NCBI GenBank assembly: GCA_027490875.1
Contig: JAIXXE010000176.1
Span: forward strand, 1-35,026
Reading direction: 5' to 3'
Length of the DNA stretch: 35,026 nt
Source: Alphaproteobacteria bacterium
Lineage (GTDB): Bacteria; Pseudomonadota; Alphaproteobacteria; UBA2136; UBA6156
Shown here piece after piece: positions 25,890-33,575 of the stretch (positions are counted from its first letter, which is position 1; each line of letters starts with the position of its first letter). The notes beneath the pieces are model-generated. The model saw only the letters and a program-made list of their open reading frames with translations. It did not search any database and was not told where the DNA came from. The position numbers were made by a program, and so were the translations under genes.

Positions 25890-26927
25890 ATGCCAGCAGG
25901 CGTACCAACCATCGAAACCACCCACGGCGTAACGGCCGAAGCGTGGAGTAACGAGGTCTTCAGCGAGTACCTCAGTCAAAACCCGTTCTTCAACTTTATG
26001 GGGACGAGTTCGCATAATATCATCCAGGTGAAGGAAGAACTGACCAAACAACCCGGCGATGCCATTACCGTTCAACTGCGTGGCCGCCTAACCGGCAACG
26101 GGGTGAGTGGCATCACCAAACTAAAAGGCAGCGAAGAAGACCTGGTGTTCTACGACCAGCGCCTGCTGGTCGATACCATCCGCCACGGCGTAATGCTGCG
26201 CGGCGAAATGAGCCTGCAGCGCGTGGCGTTCGATCTGCGCAACCAAGCCCGTGAAGCCTTGGTGGATTGGGCGACCGAAAAGCTGCGGCGCGACCTCATC
26301 ACGGCGCTGACCAACACGGCCATTGGCCGCGTGCGGGCGCGTTACCTGTATGGCATCAGCGATGCCAACTGGCATGCCACCCATGCCACTGCCTTGGCGA
26401 ACGTGGATAACACCAACGACCGCCTGACCACCGCCCAAATCAGCCGCGCCAAACGCAAGGCACTGCTGGAAGGCGACCGCAAGGTGCGGCCGTTTGTGGT
26501 GAAGCAGGGCAACAAGGTGGAAGAGGTGTTTGTGCTCTTTGCGCACCCATTGGCGGTGCGGGACTTGTTGGCCGACGCCGACTTTAAGGCGCTTAACACC
26601 TACATCCCCACCACGCTGGGCGACAGCGTACTGGTGCACGGCCAACGCTACAAGGGCATGTGGGATGGCGTGATGATCTACGAAACCGAAATGCCGTTGC
26701 TGCCAACCGCCGGTGCGGGTGGCATTCAGGTGGCGCATGGCCTGCTTTGTGGGGCGCAAGCCGCCGCAGTGGCCTGGGGCAAGCGCACCAACTACAAGGA
26801 AGACCTGGATGACTACGGCCACGAAAATGGCTTCGCCATCGATGAAATCCGCGGCGTCAACAAACTGGTGTTCAACAATGCCGACCACGGCGTGGTGAAC
26901 ATCTTCAGTGCTGCGGTTGCCGACTAA
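25890..26927 (+). CDS. major capsid protein (N4-gp56 family type)
   Basis: 345 aa. AEAWSNEVFSEYLSQNPFFNFMGTSSHNIIQVKEELTKQPGDAITVQLRGRLTGNGVSG ... LVFYDQRLLVDTIRHGV matches my recollection of the N4-gp56 capsid family N-terminal pattern. Confidence 0.8.
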   Translation: MPAGVPTIETTHGVTAEAWSNEVFSEYLSQNPFFNFMGTSSHNIIQVKEELTKQPGDAITVQLRGRLTGNGVSGITKLKGSEEDLVFYDQRLLVDTIRHGVMLRGEMSLQRVAFDLRNQAREALVDWATEKLRRDLITALTNTAIGRVRARYLYGISDANWHATHATALANVDNTNDRLTTAQISRAKRKALLEGDRKVRPFVVKQGNKVEEVFVLFAHPLAVRDLLADADFKALNTYIPTTLGDSVLVHGQRYKGMWDGVMIYETEMPLLPTAGAGGIQVAHGLLCGAQAAAVAWGKRTNYKEDLDDYGHENGFAIDEIRGVNKLVFNNADHGVVNIFSAAVAD

Positions 26928-26965
26928 AACCCCGCTGAACACTGACTTAAGACCGGTTACATATC

Positions 26966-26998
26966 CCAGGGGGGCCAAATGGCCCCCCTGGCAATTTT
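26966..26998 (+). terminator. strong hairpin terminator immediately after the capsid gene
   Basis: An 11-bp perfect stem CCAGGGGGGCC / GGCCCCCCTGG (26966-26976 / 26981-26991), loop AAAT, then CAATTTT. Confidence 0.7.
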
Positions 26999-27015
26999 AA
27001 GAAAGGCAGCTACCG

Positions 27016-27642
27016 ATGCAAGTAAACACGATTCGCGACCGGATTGTTGAACTTTCGCACCAAAGCAGTACCGATGGCGACGTACGCAGCAAGGCTCTCA
27101 ACTGGCTGAATGCGGCGTATCTGGAAGCCCTGAATGAACTGCTGCTGTTGGCACCCCAAAGCCTGCAACGACGGGAAAGCGTGAACACCGACAGCACCGG
27201 CCAAGCCACCCTCAGCACGCCCCCACACGCCCTTGTTAAAGTGCTGTGGGGAGAGGTGCCCCTGCCGGTGGTAACCCCCTTGGCTCTGCTGGAGGCCGAC
27301 CCCCTTGGCACCTTGCAAGGCAACCCTGCCATGGCCTGCCCAACCGCCACAGGCGTTCAAGTGCAGCCCCGCAAGGCAGGGGCAGCCTTGGTGGTCTACA
27401 CCCCACGCCCGGTGCCCCTGGCTGAAGATGGGCCGGAGAGCAGCATTCTCATTCCACCCGCCTTTCACGACGCCCTGATTTGGGGTGGGTTGGTCTGGAG
27501 CGCGCTGTTTGAGCGGGGCCTCGGCAGTGCGGCGGAGTTACAGCTTTTTAGCCGCCAATGGGCCGAAGCCAAAACCCGCCTTAAGCTGAACCTTTTGGGG
27601 CAGGCAGGTGTACCCTTACGCGTACAAGCAGGAGACTACTAA
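27016..27642 (+). CDS. head-tail adaptor / tail-proximal protein candidate
   Basis: 208 aa. First gene after the capsid, in the position and size range of P22 gp4 or T7 gp11. No motif recognised. Confidence 0.45.
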   Translation: MQVNTIRDRIVELSHQSSTDGDVRSKALNWLNAAYLEALNELLLLAPQSLQRRESVNTDSTGQATLSTPPHALVKVLWGEVPLPVVTPLALLEADPLGTLQGNPAMACPTATGVQVQPRKAGAALVVYTPRPVPLAEDGPESSILIPPAFHDALIWGGLVWSALFERGLGSAAELQLFSRQWAEAKTRLKLNLLGQAGVPLRVQAGDY

Positions 27643-27644
27643 CC

Positions 27645-29390
27645 ATGCGCGATGACTTGCAAGAGCGTTTCTATCCCTTTCCGACCAACCTGATGGCGAC
27701 CGCCCAAAGTGCCTTGGCGCTGCCCGCGACCTACGCGCGCGAACTTACCAACATGCTGCTCGGCCCCGATGGCAGCGGCACCAAACGCCACGGCGTTACG
27801 CCGTTGGGGAGCCCAATCGATACCGAGACCATCACCGCACTGATGACCTTTGTTCACTTGGGCACCACCCAACTGCTGGCGGGCACCGATGCCGGCAAGG
27901 TGTATCGGCAAAACGGCAGCAGCTGGGTGATGCTCTGGAGCGGCCTTAACCCGCTGGCCCCGCTGCAGTGGGTGTTGTTCGGCGGGCGTTTGGTGCTGGC
28001 CAATGGGGTTGACCCTTTGCTGCAGTACGACGGCGTAAGCCTCAGTGTTGTTGAACGCCTGGTGCGCGACAGCGGCGCCAACTTAACCCTGCTGGCGGCC
28101 AACCAATTACGGCTTGAAAGCCAAGCCACACTTTACGCTGTGGGCAGTACGGTAAGGGTGCGGGTCAACGGTAACGACCTACTCGCGACCGTGCAAAGCA
28201 GCACGCAAGCTGGCGCGCAAACCACGGTCACACTTACGGCCAATGTGTTGGTAACGCCCCTAAGTGACGTATGGTTTACCGTGCGCCCCCCGACATTTGC
28301 GCAGTTGGCCGTGGCGCACGACCGACTGTGGGGTTTTGGGGCAGGGGGCTTAGGCCCTACCTTGGGCAGCAGCCCAGACCGGTTACGGGTGTATTACACT
28401 CACGGCGTGAACGACCCGACCGCGTGGCCCGACCCAGCCACCGGTATCATCCCAAGCCTCAACCTTGCCGATAAGGCTGGCGTGGCCGACGAACTGCTGG
28501 CAATGCGGGTGAAGGATGGCTTAACCGTGTTTTTAGGGCGTACCCAATTGCAGCTGTGGGAAGGCCGCACCCCCGGCACCGCGGGTGGGTTAAGTACCGA
28601 CTTTGCCTGGGTAAAAACGCTGCCTGTTGGGTTGGTGCACCCCAACGCAGTGCTGGATTTACCCAACGACCTGTTGCTGCTAACCCCTTTGGGGGCGCGC
28701 ACGCTTGCTCGCACGGTGCAAACCGAGCAGCTGGATCTGGCCGATGTAGGGCGGGCACTGGACCCAACCTTGCAAGCCCGTATAACGCAGCTGCAGGCCA
28801 ACCCCGCCGCTTATCGGCGAATGCAGGCCTTTCATTACCCGGCGCAACAATGGTTTGCGTGGGGGTTTGAAACGGAGACCCTCATTTGGCAACTGGCGGC
28901 CAGCGGCGGTGGTTGGGCCCGCTTTACCGGCGCCTTTGGCGGCTTGACCGCCGCCCATACCACGGCAGCCGGCGTGGTCTTTATCGCCAAAGGTAACCAG
29001 GTGATGCAGTACAACCCCACGGTGGCCGACGACAGCGGCGACCCCATCTCCACCCGCTGGTGGCTGCCGTGGTTAAGCCCAGGGGGTACGCGCCGCTGGG
29101 CCAACAAGTACGTGGAAGTTTTGGCAGTTGCGCAGGCCGTGCAACCGATTACGCTGGAACGCACCACCGACCTTGACGACGGTAACCCGCGCCTGATTGC
29201 GCTGGAGCTACCAGCCCCGCCCGACTACTGGGATACCGCCAGCTGGGATAGCGCCCTGTTCGACAACGCCAGCGCCCCGCCCGCCCGCGTGCGCGACCAT
29301 TGCGTCGCCCACCATCTGGCGCTGGCGGTGGTGAGCAATCACACGCAGCCGCTGCGTCTGCTGGGCCTAAAACTTCACGGCATCACGTAA
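27645..29390 (+). CDS. tail hub/nozzle-type structural protein candidate
   Basis: 581 aa. AGGAG RBS, with the start 2 nt after the previous stop. Beta-rich composition. In the position of P22 gp10 or T7 gp12. Called by position only. Confidence 0.45.
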   Translation: MRDDLQERFYPFPTNLMATAQSALALPATYARELTNMLLGPDGSGTKRHGVTPLGSPIDTETITALMTFVHLGTTQLLAGTDAGKVYRQNGSSWVMLWSGLNPLAPLQWVLFGGRLVLANGVDPLLQYDGVSLSVVERLVRDSGANLTLLAANQLRLESQATLYAVGSTVRVRVNGNDLLATVQSSTQAGAQTTVTLTANVLVTPLSDVWFTVRPPTFAQLAVAHDRLWGFGAGGLGPTLGSSPDRLRVYYTHGVNDPTAWPDPATGIIPSLNLADKAGVADELLAMRVKDGLTVFLGRTQLQLWEGRTPGTAGGLSTDFAWVKTLPVGLVHPNAVLDLPNDLLLLTPLGARTLARTVQTEQLDLADVGRALDPTLQARITQLQANPAAYRRMQAFHYPAQQWFAWGFETETLIWQLAASGGGWARFTGAFGGLTAAHTTAAGVVFIAKGNQVMQYNPTVADDSGDPISTRWWLPWLSPGGTRRWANKYVEVLAVAQAVQPITLERTTDLDDGNPRLIALELPAPPDYWDTASWDSALFDNASAPPARVRDHCVAHHLALAVVSNHTQPLRLLGLKLHGIT

Positions 29391-29411
29391 CATCAACAGA
29401 AAGAAACCCTC

Positions 29412-30713
29412 ATGGGCACCAAATATCAACGCCCCAGCGGCGCCTATGCTGGTCAGGCAGCCTTGGGCAACCGCACCAAGTATAGCGATGACAGCACCGC
29501 CACCCCTCGGCGTGCCATTTCCAGCCAGAAGATGGACGGCGACCTTAACTACCTGATTGACGCCGTGAACGGGCTGGATGATGCCAGCGGCAGCCGCACC
29601 AGTATTGCCGAGCGGCTGGATGTAAGCCTGAATGCCGACGGCACCCTTAAAGTCAGCGTGGCTGGCGCACTGGATGAGTTTGTGGTGCATCAAAGCCCTG
29701 GTAGCATTGCACGTAGCGATAACTCTACGTTCACCATGGCGGGCGGCGACTTCCGCAACCTTTACTCCGTCAATCGCCGTGTTCGCGTGGTGGTAGCGGG
29801 GCAGCCTTTGGTGGGCGATGTGGCTAGCTGCAGCTTTGGCAGCGGCCTGACTACGGTCTCGTTGGTTGACCTGACCGATACCAGCGGCAATTTGGGCATC
29901 ATAGCCGCAGCACCTACCCAGGTGGCCTATGGGCCGTTAACGCCAGGCAGCCGGGGGAACATGCCGCGCCGTACCGATGGGCTTACCTTTACTGTCGGCA
30001 GCAATACGGTAGCGTGCAATAACGAATCAGGCAGCTTGGCCTTTCGGCATAATGGCTCCCTGGTGGCCACGATAGGGTCAGGAGGGCTCAGTGGGTTGGC
30101 TGCCGGGAGCGTGAGCCCCGCCGCCCTGCAAGCCGCGGTGGCCGAGGCCCTTAACCCCGTAGGCGTGATACAAACCTATGCGGGTAATAATGCTCCTGCG
30201 GGCTGGCAGCTGTGTGCAGGGCAGGCACTCTCGCGCACCACCTTTGCGGCCCTGTTCACCGTACTTGGCACCACCTACGGGGCAGGCGATGGCAGCACGA
30301 CCTTTAACCTGCCCGACCTGCGCGGCCGCACCACCTTTGGGCTCGATAACATGGGCGGCACCGACGCCGGTCGCCTTAACACCACCAACACACTGGGGTT
30401 AGCAGGGGGGGCGCAGCTTAAAACCCTGACCAGCGATACCGTAACCTTAAGCGTGGCCAACCTGCCCAGCCACAACCACGCCACCACCATCGACAGCAAT
30501 CTGACCAGTGGCCACGGGACCGATACGGGCGGCTTGGCCCAGAGTATCCAGAACGGCACCTTCGGTTCGGACTACAACCTTGGTGGCACCAGCGGCACGC
30601 CCACACTCTTCCCCACCGCCAACAGTGGCAGCGGCACCGCCTTTACCGTGACCGATACCAACGTCGACTTCATGCCACCCTTCCTGCACCTTAACTACAT
30701 TATTAAGGTTTAG
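29412..30713 (+). CDS. tail fibre protein with phage tail-collar domain
   Basis: 433 aa. The collar-domain signature GVIQTYAGNNAPAGWQLCAGQALSRTTFAALFTVLGTTYGAGDGSTTFNLPDLRGRT and a Gly/Thr-rich C-terminus. Confidence 0.8.
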   Translation: MGTKYQRPSGAYAGQAALGNRTKYSDDSTATPRRAISSQKMDGDLNYLIDAVNGLDDASGSRTSIAERLDVSLNADGTLKVSVAGALDEFVVHQSPGSIARSDNSTFTMAGGDFRNLYSVNRRVRVVVAGQPLVGDVASCSFGSGLTTVSLVDLTDTSGNLGIIAAAPTQVAYGPLTPGSRGNMPRRTDGLTFTVGSNTVACNNESGSLAFRHNGSLVATIGSGGLSGLAAGSVSPAALQAAVAEALNPVGVIQTYAGNNAPAGWQLCAGQALSRTTFAALFTVLGTTYGAGDGSTTFNLPDLRGRTTFGLDNMGGTDAGRLNTTNTLGLAGGAQLKTLTSDTVTLSVANLPSHNHATTIDSNLTSGHGTDTGGLAQSIQNGTFGSDYNLGGTSGTPTLFPTANSGSGTAFTVTDTNVDFMPPFLHLNYIIKV

Positions 30714-30717
30714 GGGC

Positions 30718-31206
30718 ATGAACGAACCCAGCTCTCAACGTACGCCAAACCTCATCCCGCTCGCCGAAGCCGACTGGCCCGCGCTGCATCAGCTCATGTG
30801 CACGCGGCGCTTTCCGCATGTACCTGCCAGCTACCTTAAAGCAAGGCCGCAGTTTCGCAGCGCCACCTTGCTGGGGCTAAAACAGCGCCAGCAGCTGGTG
30901 GCGGCCTTTGTGTTTGGGCCGCCCGAAAATGGCGTGGCGTTTTTCGATGCCATCTGCCGCCAAGGTATGGCAGGGCGTTGGGCCACGCGCCCGTTACTTA
31001 GGCGGCTGTTTGGGGTGGCGTTTCAGCCTGCGCCCGTGGGCCTTGGCCTGCGGGCAGTGTGGGTGCAGCCGCATGGCCCTACCGCCTTAAAAGCCTGCCT
31101 GCAAGCGGGGTTTCAGGCCGTCACGCCGCTGCGTGGCAGCCGCGAGGCCCCGGTGTTGGTGCTAACACCCCATACTGTGTCGTCAATCATGCAAGGAAAG
31201 TTCTAG
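30718..31206 (+). CDS. hypothetical protein (weak GNAT-like C-terminal pattern, or fibre accessory)
   Basis: 162 aa, starting 4 nt after the fibre stop. ...RQGMAGRWATRPLLRRLFGVAF...GLRAVWVQPHGPTALKACLQAGFQAV loosely resembles GNAT motifs A/B, but the Q/R-x-x-G-x-G/A loop is not intact. Confidence 0.4.
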   Translation: MNEPSSQRTPNLIPLAEADWPALHQLMCTRRFPHVPASYLKARPQFRSATLLGLKQRQQLVAAFVFGPPENGVAFFDAICRQGMAGRWATRPLLRRLFGVAFQPAPVGLGLRAVWVQPHGPTALKACLQAGFQAVTPLRGSREAPVLVLTPHTVSSIMQGKF

Positions 31207-31209
31207 CCT

Positions 31210-31986
31210 ATGGGAAGCCTCTTTAAACCAAAGCAACCAGCCCCGCCGCCACCCGCACCGCCCGTTTTGGTGCGCGACGAAGTGAACGGCGTGGAGCAAG
31301 TGCCCATCACCGATGCCAACGGTGCGACCACCTATGTTACGCGCCCAATTGCCCTCACGCCCCAGCAGCAGGCCGAGCGCGACGAGATTAACCGCATCGT
31401 CAGCGACAGCCTGACCGAAATTAACCGCCTTTCCCGAACCGACTACGCCCCCGATACCACCACCCAAAAGGTGCTGGATGATTGGCAGGCCCGCCAAGAG
31501 CAGCTGTTGGCCGAAGGCAACCAACGGCGCAGCCAGCAGGAAGAAGAACGGCTGGCCCAACGCGGGCTGGCCGACAGCACCGCCGCGCAAGGCGTACGTC
31601 GGCAGCGGGCGCTGGATGAACAGGATTCGCGCAGCACTGTGGGGCTGGCCCGCACCGAGCTGGCCAACCAAATCCGTGGCGAACGGCTGGCCCTGCAACA
31701 GAACCTGTTCAACACCGCCAGCGGGCTGAAGGATGCCAGCCAAGCCCGCACCGCCCGTGCGGCTACAGCAGGGCTTGGCGATGCCGTGGCGCTCAATGCC
31801 CAACGCCAGGCCAGCCTGCTGGATTACTACAATTCCGCCAATCGCAGCAACGGCAGCGTGTTTGCCGATGCCTTGGGCCGCAGCGCAGGCAACACAGTCG
31901 GCCGCACCGTTGGTGGTGCCATCGGCGGCCCGTTGGGCAGCGGCGTTGGCAGCCTGTTGGGCAGTTGGCTGTTTGGTCGGCGTTAA
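31210..31986 (+). CDS. virion internal/ejection protein candidate with C-terminal glycine zipper
   Basis: 258 aa. MGSLFKPKQPAPPPPAPP N-terminus, a Gln/Arg-rich coiled-coil middle, and the C-terminus GRTVGGAIGGPLGSGVGSLLGSWLFGRR. Confidence 0.45.
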   Translation: MGSLFKPKQPAPPPPAPPVLVRDEVNGVEQVPITDANGATTYVTRPIALTPQQQAERDEINRIVSDSLTEINRLSRTDYAPDTTTQKVLDDWQARQEQLLAEGNQRRSQQEEERLAQRGLADSTAAQGVRRQRALDEQDSRSTVGLARTELANQIRGERLALQQNLFNTASGLKDASQARTARAATAGLGDAVALNAQRQASLLDYYNSANRSNGSVFADALGRSAGNTVGRTVGGAIGGPLGSGVGSLLGSWLFGRR

Positions 31987-32014
31987 TGCTCATTGAAATA
32001 GGAAAGCGAACCGG

Positions 32015-32383
32015 ATGAATCACCAAGCAGTACAAAACTGGCTCGACCAAGAATTTCTCCCTTGGCAGGCCAAAGCACGCAGTTACGCCGCCGAAAAGCA
32101 AGCCCTGCAGCAACGGTTGCGGCAACAGCTCCCCGCCCTCCAAACTCTGGTTGGGCTGTTGCTGGAAGGCCAAACCAAACGGGCCGTCATGGCCTGGAAC
32201 AGCCTGGGGCTTGAACCCCTGCTGGCCGAAATTGTGCTGAACCGTACCGGCACCGAAGTTATGCTGAGGGCCAAAGGCGGCAGGACCGAAGTGGTGAACC
32301 TCGATGAGGTCATCGCCACGTTACAGCAGTTAAGCCGCGACCCTGTGGCTACTCCTTTGCCTGAGCCAGCAACCGCGCCTTAA
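32015..32383 (+). CDS. hypothetical protein
   Basis: A 122-aa ORF with a GGAAAG RBS. It is the last + strand gene before the lysis cassette, and its 3' end overlaps the convergent minus-strand gene by 35 nt. Confidence 0.5.
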   Translation: MNHQAVQNWLDQEFLPWQAKARSYAAEKQALQQRLRQQLPALQTLVGLLLEGQTKRAVMAWNSLGLEPLLAEIVLNRTGTEVMLRAKGGRTEVVNLDEVIATLQQLSRDPVATPLPEPATAP

Positions 32384-32912
32384 TATCTTCGGCCAACTTA
32401 CGGTCAGATTCAGGATTGTGCCGTTCTTCCACAATCATGGTGCTCAGCAACGCCTGCCAGTCCTCTTCTTGCGCCTGCGGAAAGATGCGTTGATCGAGGT
32501 ACACTTCCCAAAACAGCGCAACTTCGTTGGCGAGGCGTGGGTCGATGATGCTCTGGCGTTGGTAGCCCAAAATAGCGGTATCGTGCAGCGAGACAATCAC
32601 CTGCTTGCGGGTATGGTAAGCCAGGTTACCGCGGTAGCCACGGCCAAGCACGGGCCCAAGCAATGTGTAGACTTCGTCCTCAGCCTGTATCAGCCCCGGG
32701 GCGCAGCGGGTGTCGTTTGGCACCAGATAGCCAAAGCGGGTAATCAGGTCGGCGGTGGCGGGGGGGAAGTCAAAATCAATCTCATCGCCTTGGCGGGTCA
32801 GCACAATGTTATAGCGCTGGGGCGTTAGAGGGCCGGTGGCCACAGGTTTATCGGTAGGGGTGGTCAGTTCTTTAAGTTCCTTGACCGAAGTTTTGCCAGA
32901 CATACCGTTCAT
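32349..32912 (-). CDS. hypothetical protein, the only reverse-strand gene in the cluster
   Basis: The track ORF begins at 32990, but its first 26 codons are Cys/Phe-rich and overlap the lysis promoter region. Met at 32912 (MNGMSGKTS...) or 32903 is more plausible, giving about 184-187 aa. No family recognised. Confidence 0.5.
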   Translation of the reverse strand: MNGMSGKTSVKELKELTTPTDKPVATGPLTPQRYNIVLTRQGDEIDFDFPPATADLITRFGYLVPNDTRCAPGLIQAEDEVYTLLGPVLGRGYRGNLAYHTRKQVIVSLHDTAILGYQRQSIIDPRLANEVALFWEVYLDQRIFPQAQEEDWQALLSTMIVEERHNPESDRKLAEDIKARLLAQAKE

Positions 32913-32942
32913 CTTAAGGAAATCACACCCGCAAGGCAACCC

Positions 32943-32971
32943 TTGACACCGCGCAAAGTGGTAAAATAAGC
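32943..32971 (+). promoter_or_regulatory. promoter candidate for the lysis cassette (extended -10)
   Basis: TGGTAAAAT at 32959-32967 fits the extended -10 pattern TGnTATAAT. TTGACA at 32943-32948 is only 13 bp upstream of TAAAAT. Alternatively, TTGACA-17 bp-ATAAGC (32966-32971) could serve. Confidence 0.45.
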
Positions 32972-32988
32972 ACAGAAAGGAAGCACGC

Positions 32989-33159
32989 ATGGAACTCGAC
33001 GTGATCGTGTCAGAACTCCGCGCCCTGCGCGAAGACTTACAGGGTATCCGTAACGATATACAACACTACCAAGGCTTTGTGGGCGGCGTGGCTTGGGTGG
33101 TTGGCGGCGTGGCCGCCGTTGCCAGCTTTGCCTTCAGCTGGCTGCAGGAGGTCATCTAA
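32989..33159 (+). CDS. small single-TM protein (holin/antiholin/spanin-like), not in the ORF track
   Basis: Hand translation gives MELDVIVSELRALREDLQGIRNDIQHYQGFVGGVAWVVGGVAAVASFAFSWLQEVI (56 aa). AAGGAAG RBS 5 nt upstream. Its stop overlaps the amidase ATG as TAATG (33157-33161). Confidence 0.6.
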   Translation: MELDVIVSELRALREDLQGIRNDIQHYQGFVGGVAWVVGGVAAVASFAFSWLQEVI

Positions 33160-33572
33160 TGCCCCCCCCAATTGCGTCCTCAATTGCCCCACCCATGCGC
33201 CGTATCACCCGGCATATCATTCATTGCAGCGCCTCTACCTTTGGCGATGTGGCCGAAATCCGCCGTTGGCATCTGGCCCGCGGCTGGCGGGATATTGGCT
33301 ACCACTTTGTCATTCGGCGTGATGGTGAGGTTGAAGTAGGCCGGATGCTGCCAGAAATTGGCGCCCATTGCGAAGGCTTCAACCGCGACAGTATCGGCAC
33401 CTGCCTGATTGGCGACCAAACCTTCACCGAGGCGCAGTTTACCACCTTGCGCCGCGTGCACGCGTTGCTCTGCCAGCAGTTCCCCGGGCTTACGGCCCAT
33501 GGTCACCGGGACTTCAACCCCCACAAAACCTGCCCCAACTTTCAGGTTTCAACTGTTCTAGGAAAGGCTTAA
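33159..33572 (+). CDS. N-acetylmuramoyl-L-alanine amidase endolysin (T7-lysozyme/PGRP type)
   Basis: ITRHIIHCSAS...WHLARGWRDIGYHFVIRRDGEVEVGR...GAHCEGFNRDSIGTCLIGD...AHGHRDFNPHKTCPNF is the Amidase_2 pattern. I place the start at ATG 33159 (AGGAGG RBS at 33146-33151) rather than the track start at 33093. Confidence 0.85.
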   Translation: MPPPIASSIAPPMRRITRHIIHCSASTFGDVAEIRRWHLARGWRDIGYHFVIRRDGEVEVGRMLPEIGAHCEGFNRDSIGTCLIGDQTFTEAQFTTLRRVHALLCQQFPGLTAHGHRDFNPHKTCPNFQVSTVLGKA

Positions 33573-33575
33573 CAC

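Noticed and set aside
33093-33158. Longer amidase start at 33093 from the ORF track
   Set aside because: The extra 22 codons (MGGWRRGRRCQLCLQLAAGGHL) overlap the 56-aa ORF out of frame and have no RBS. ATG 33159 has AGGAGG 7 nt upstream and begins just before the conserved amidase core.
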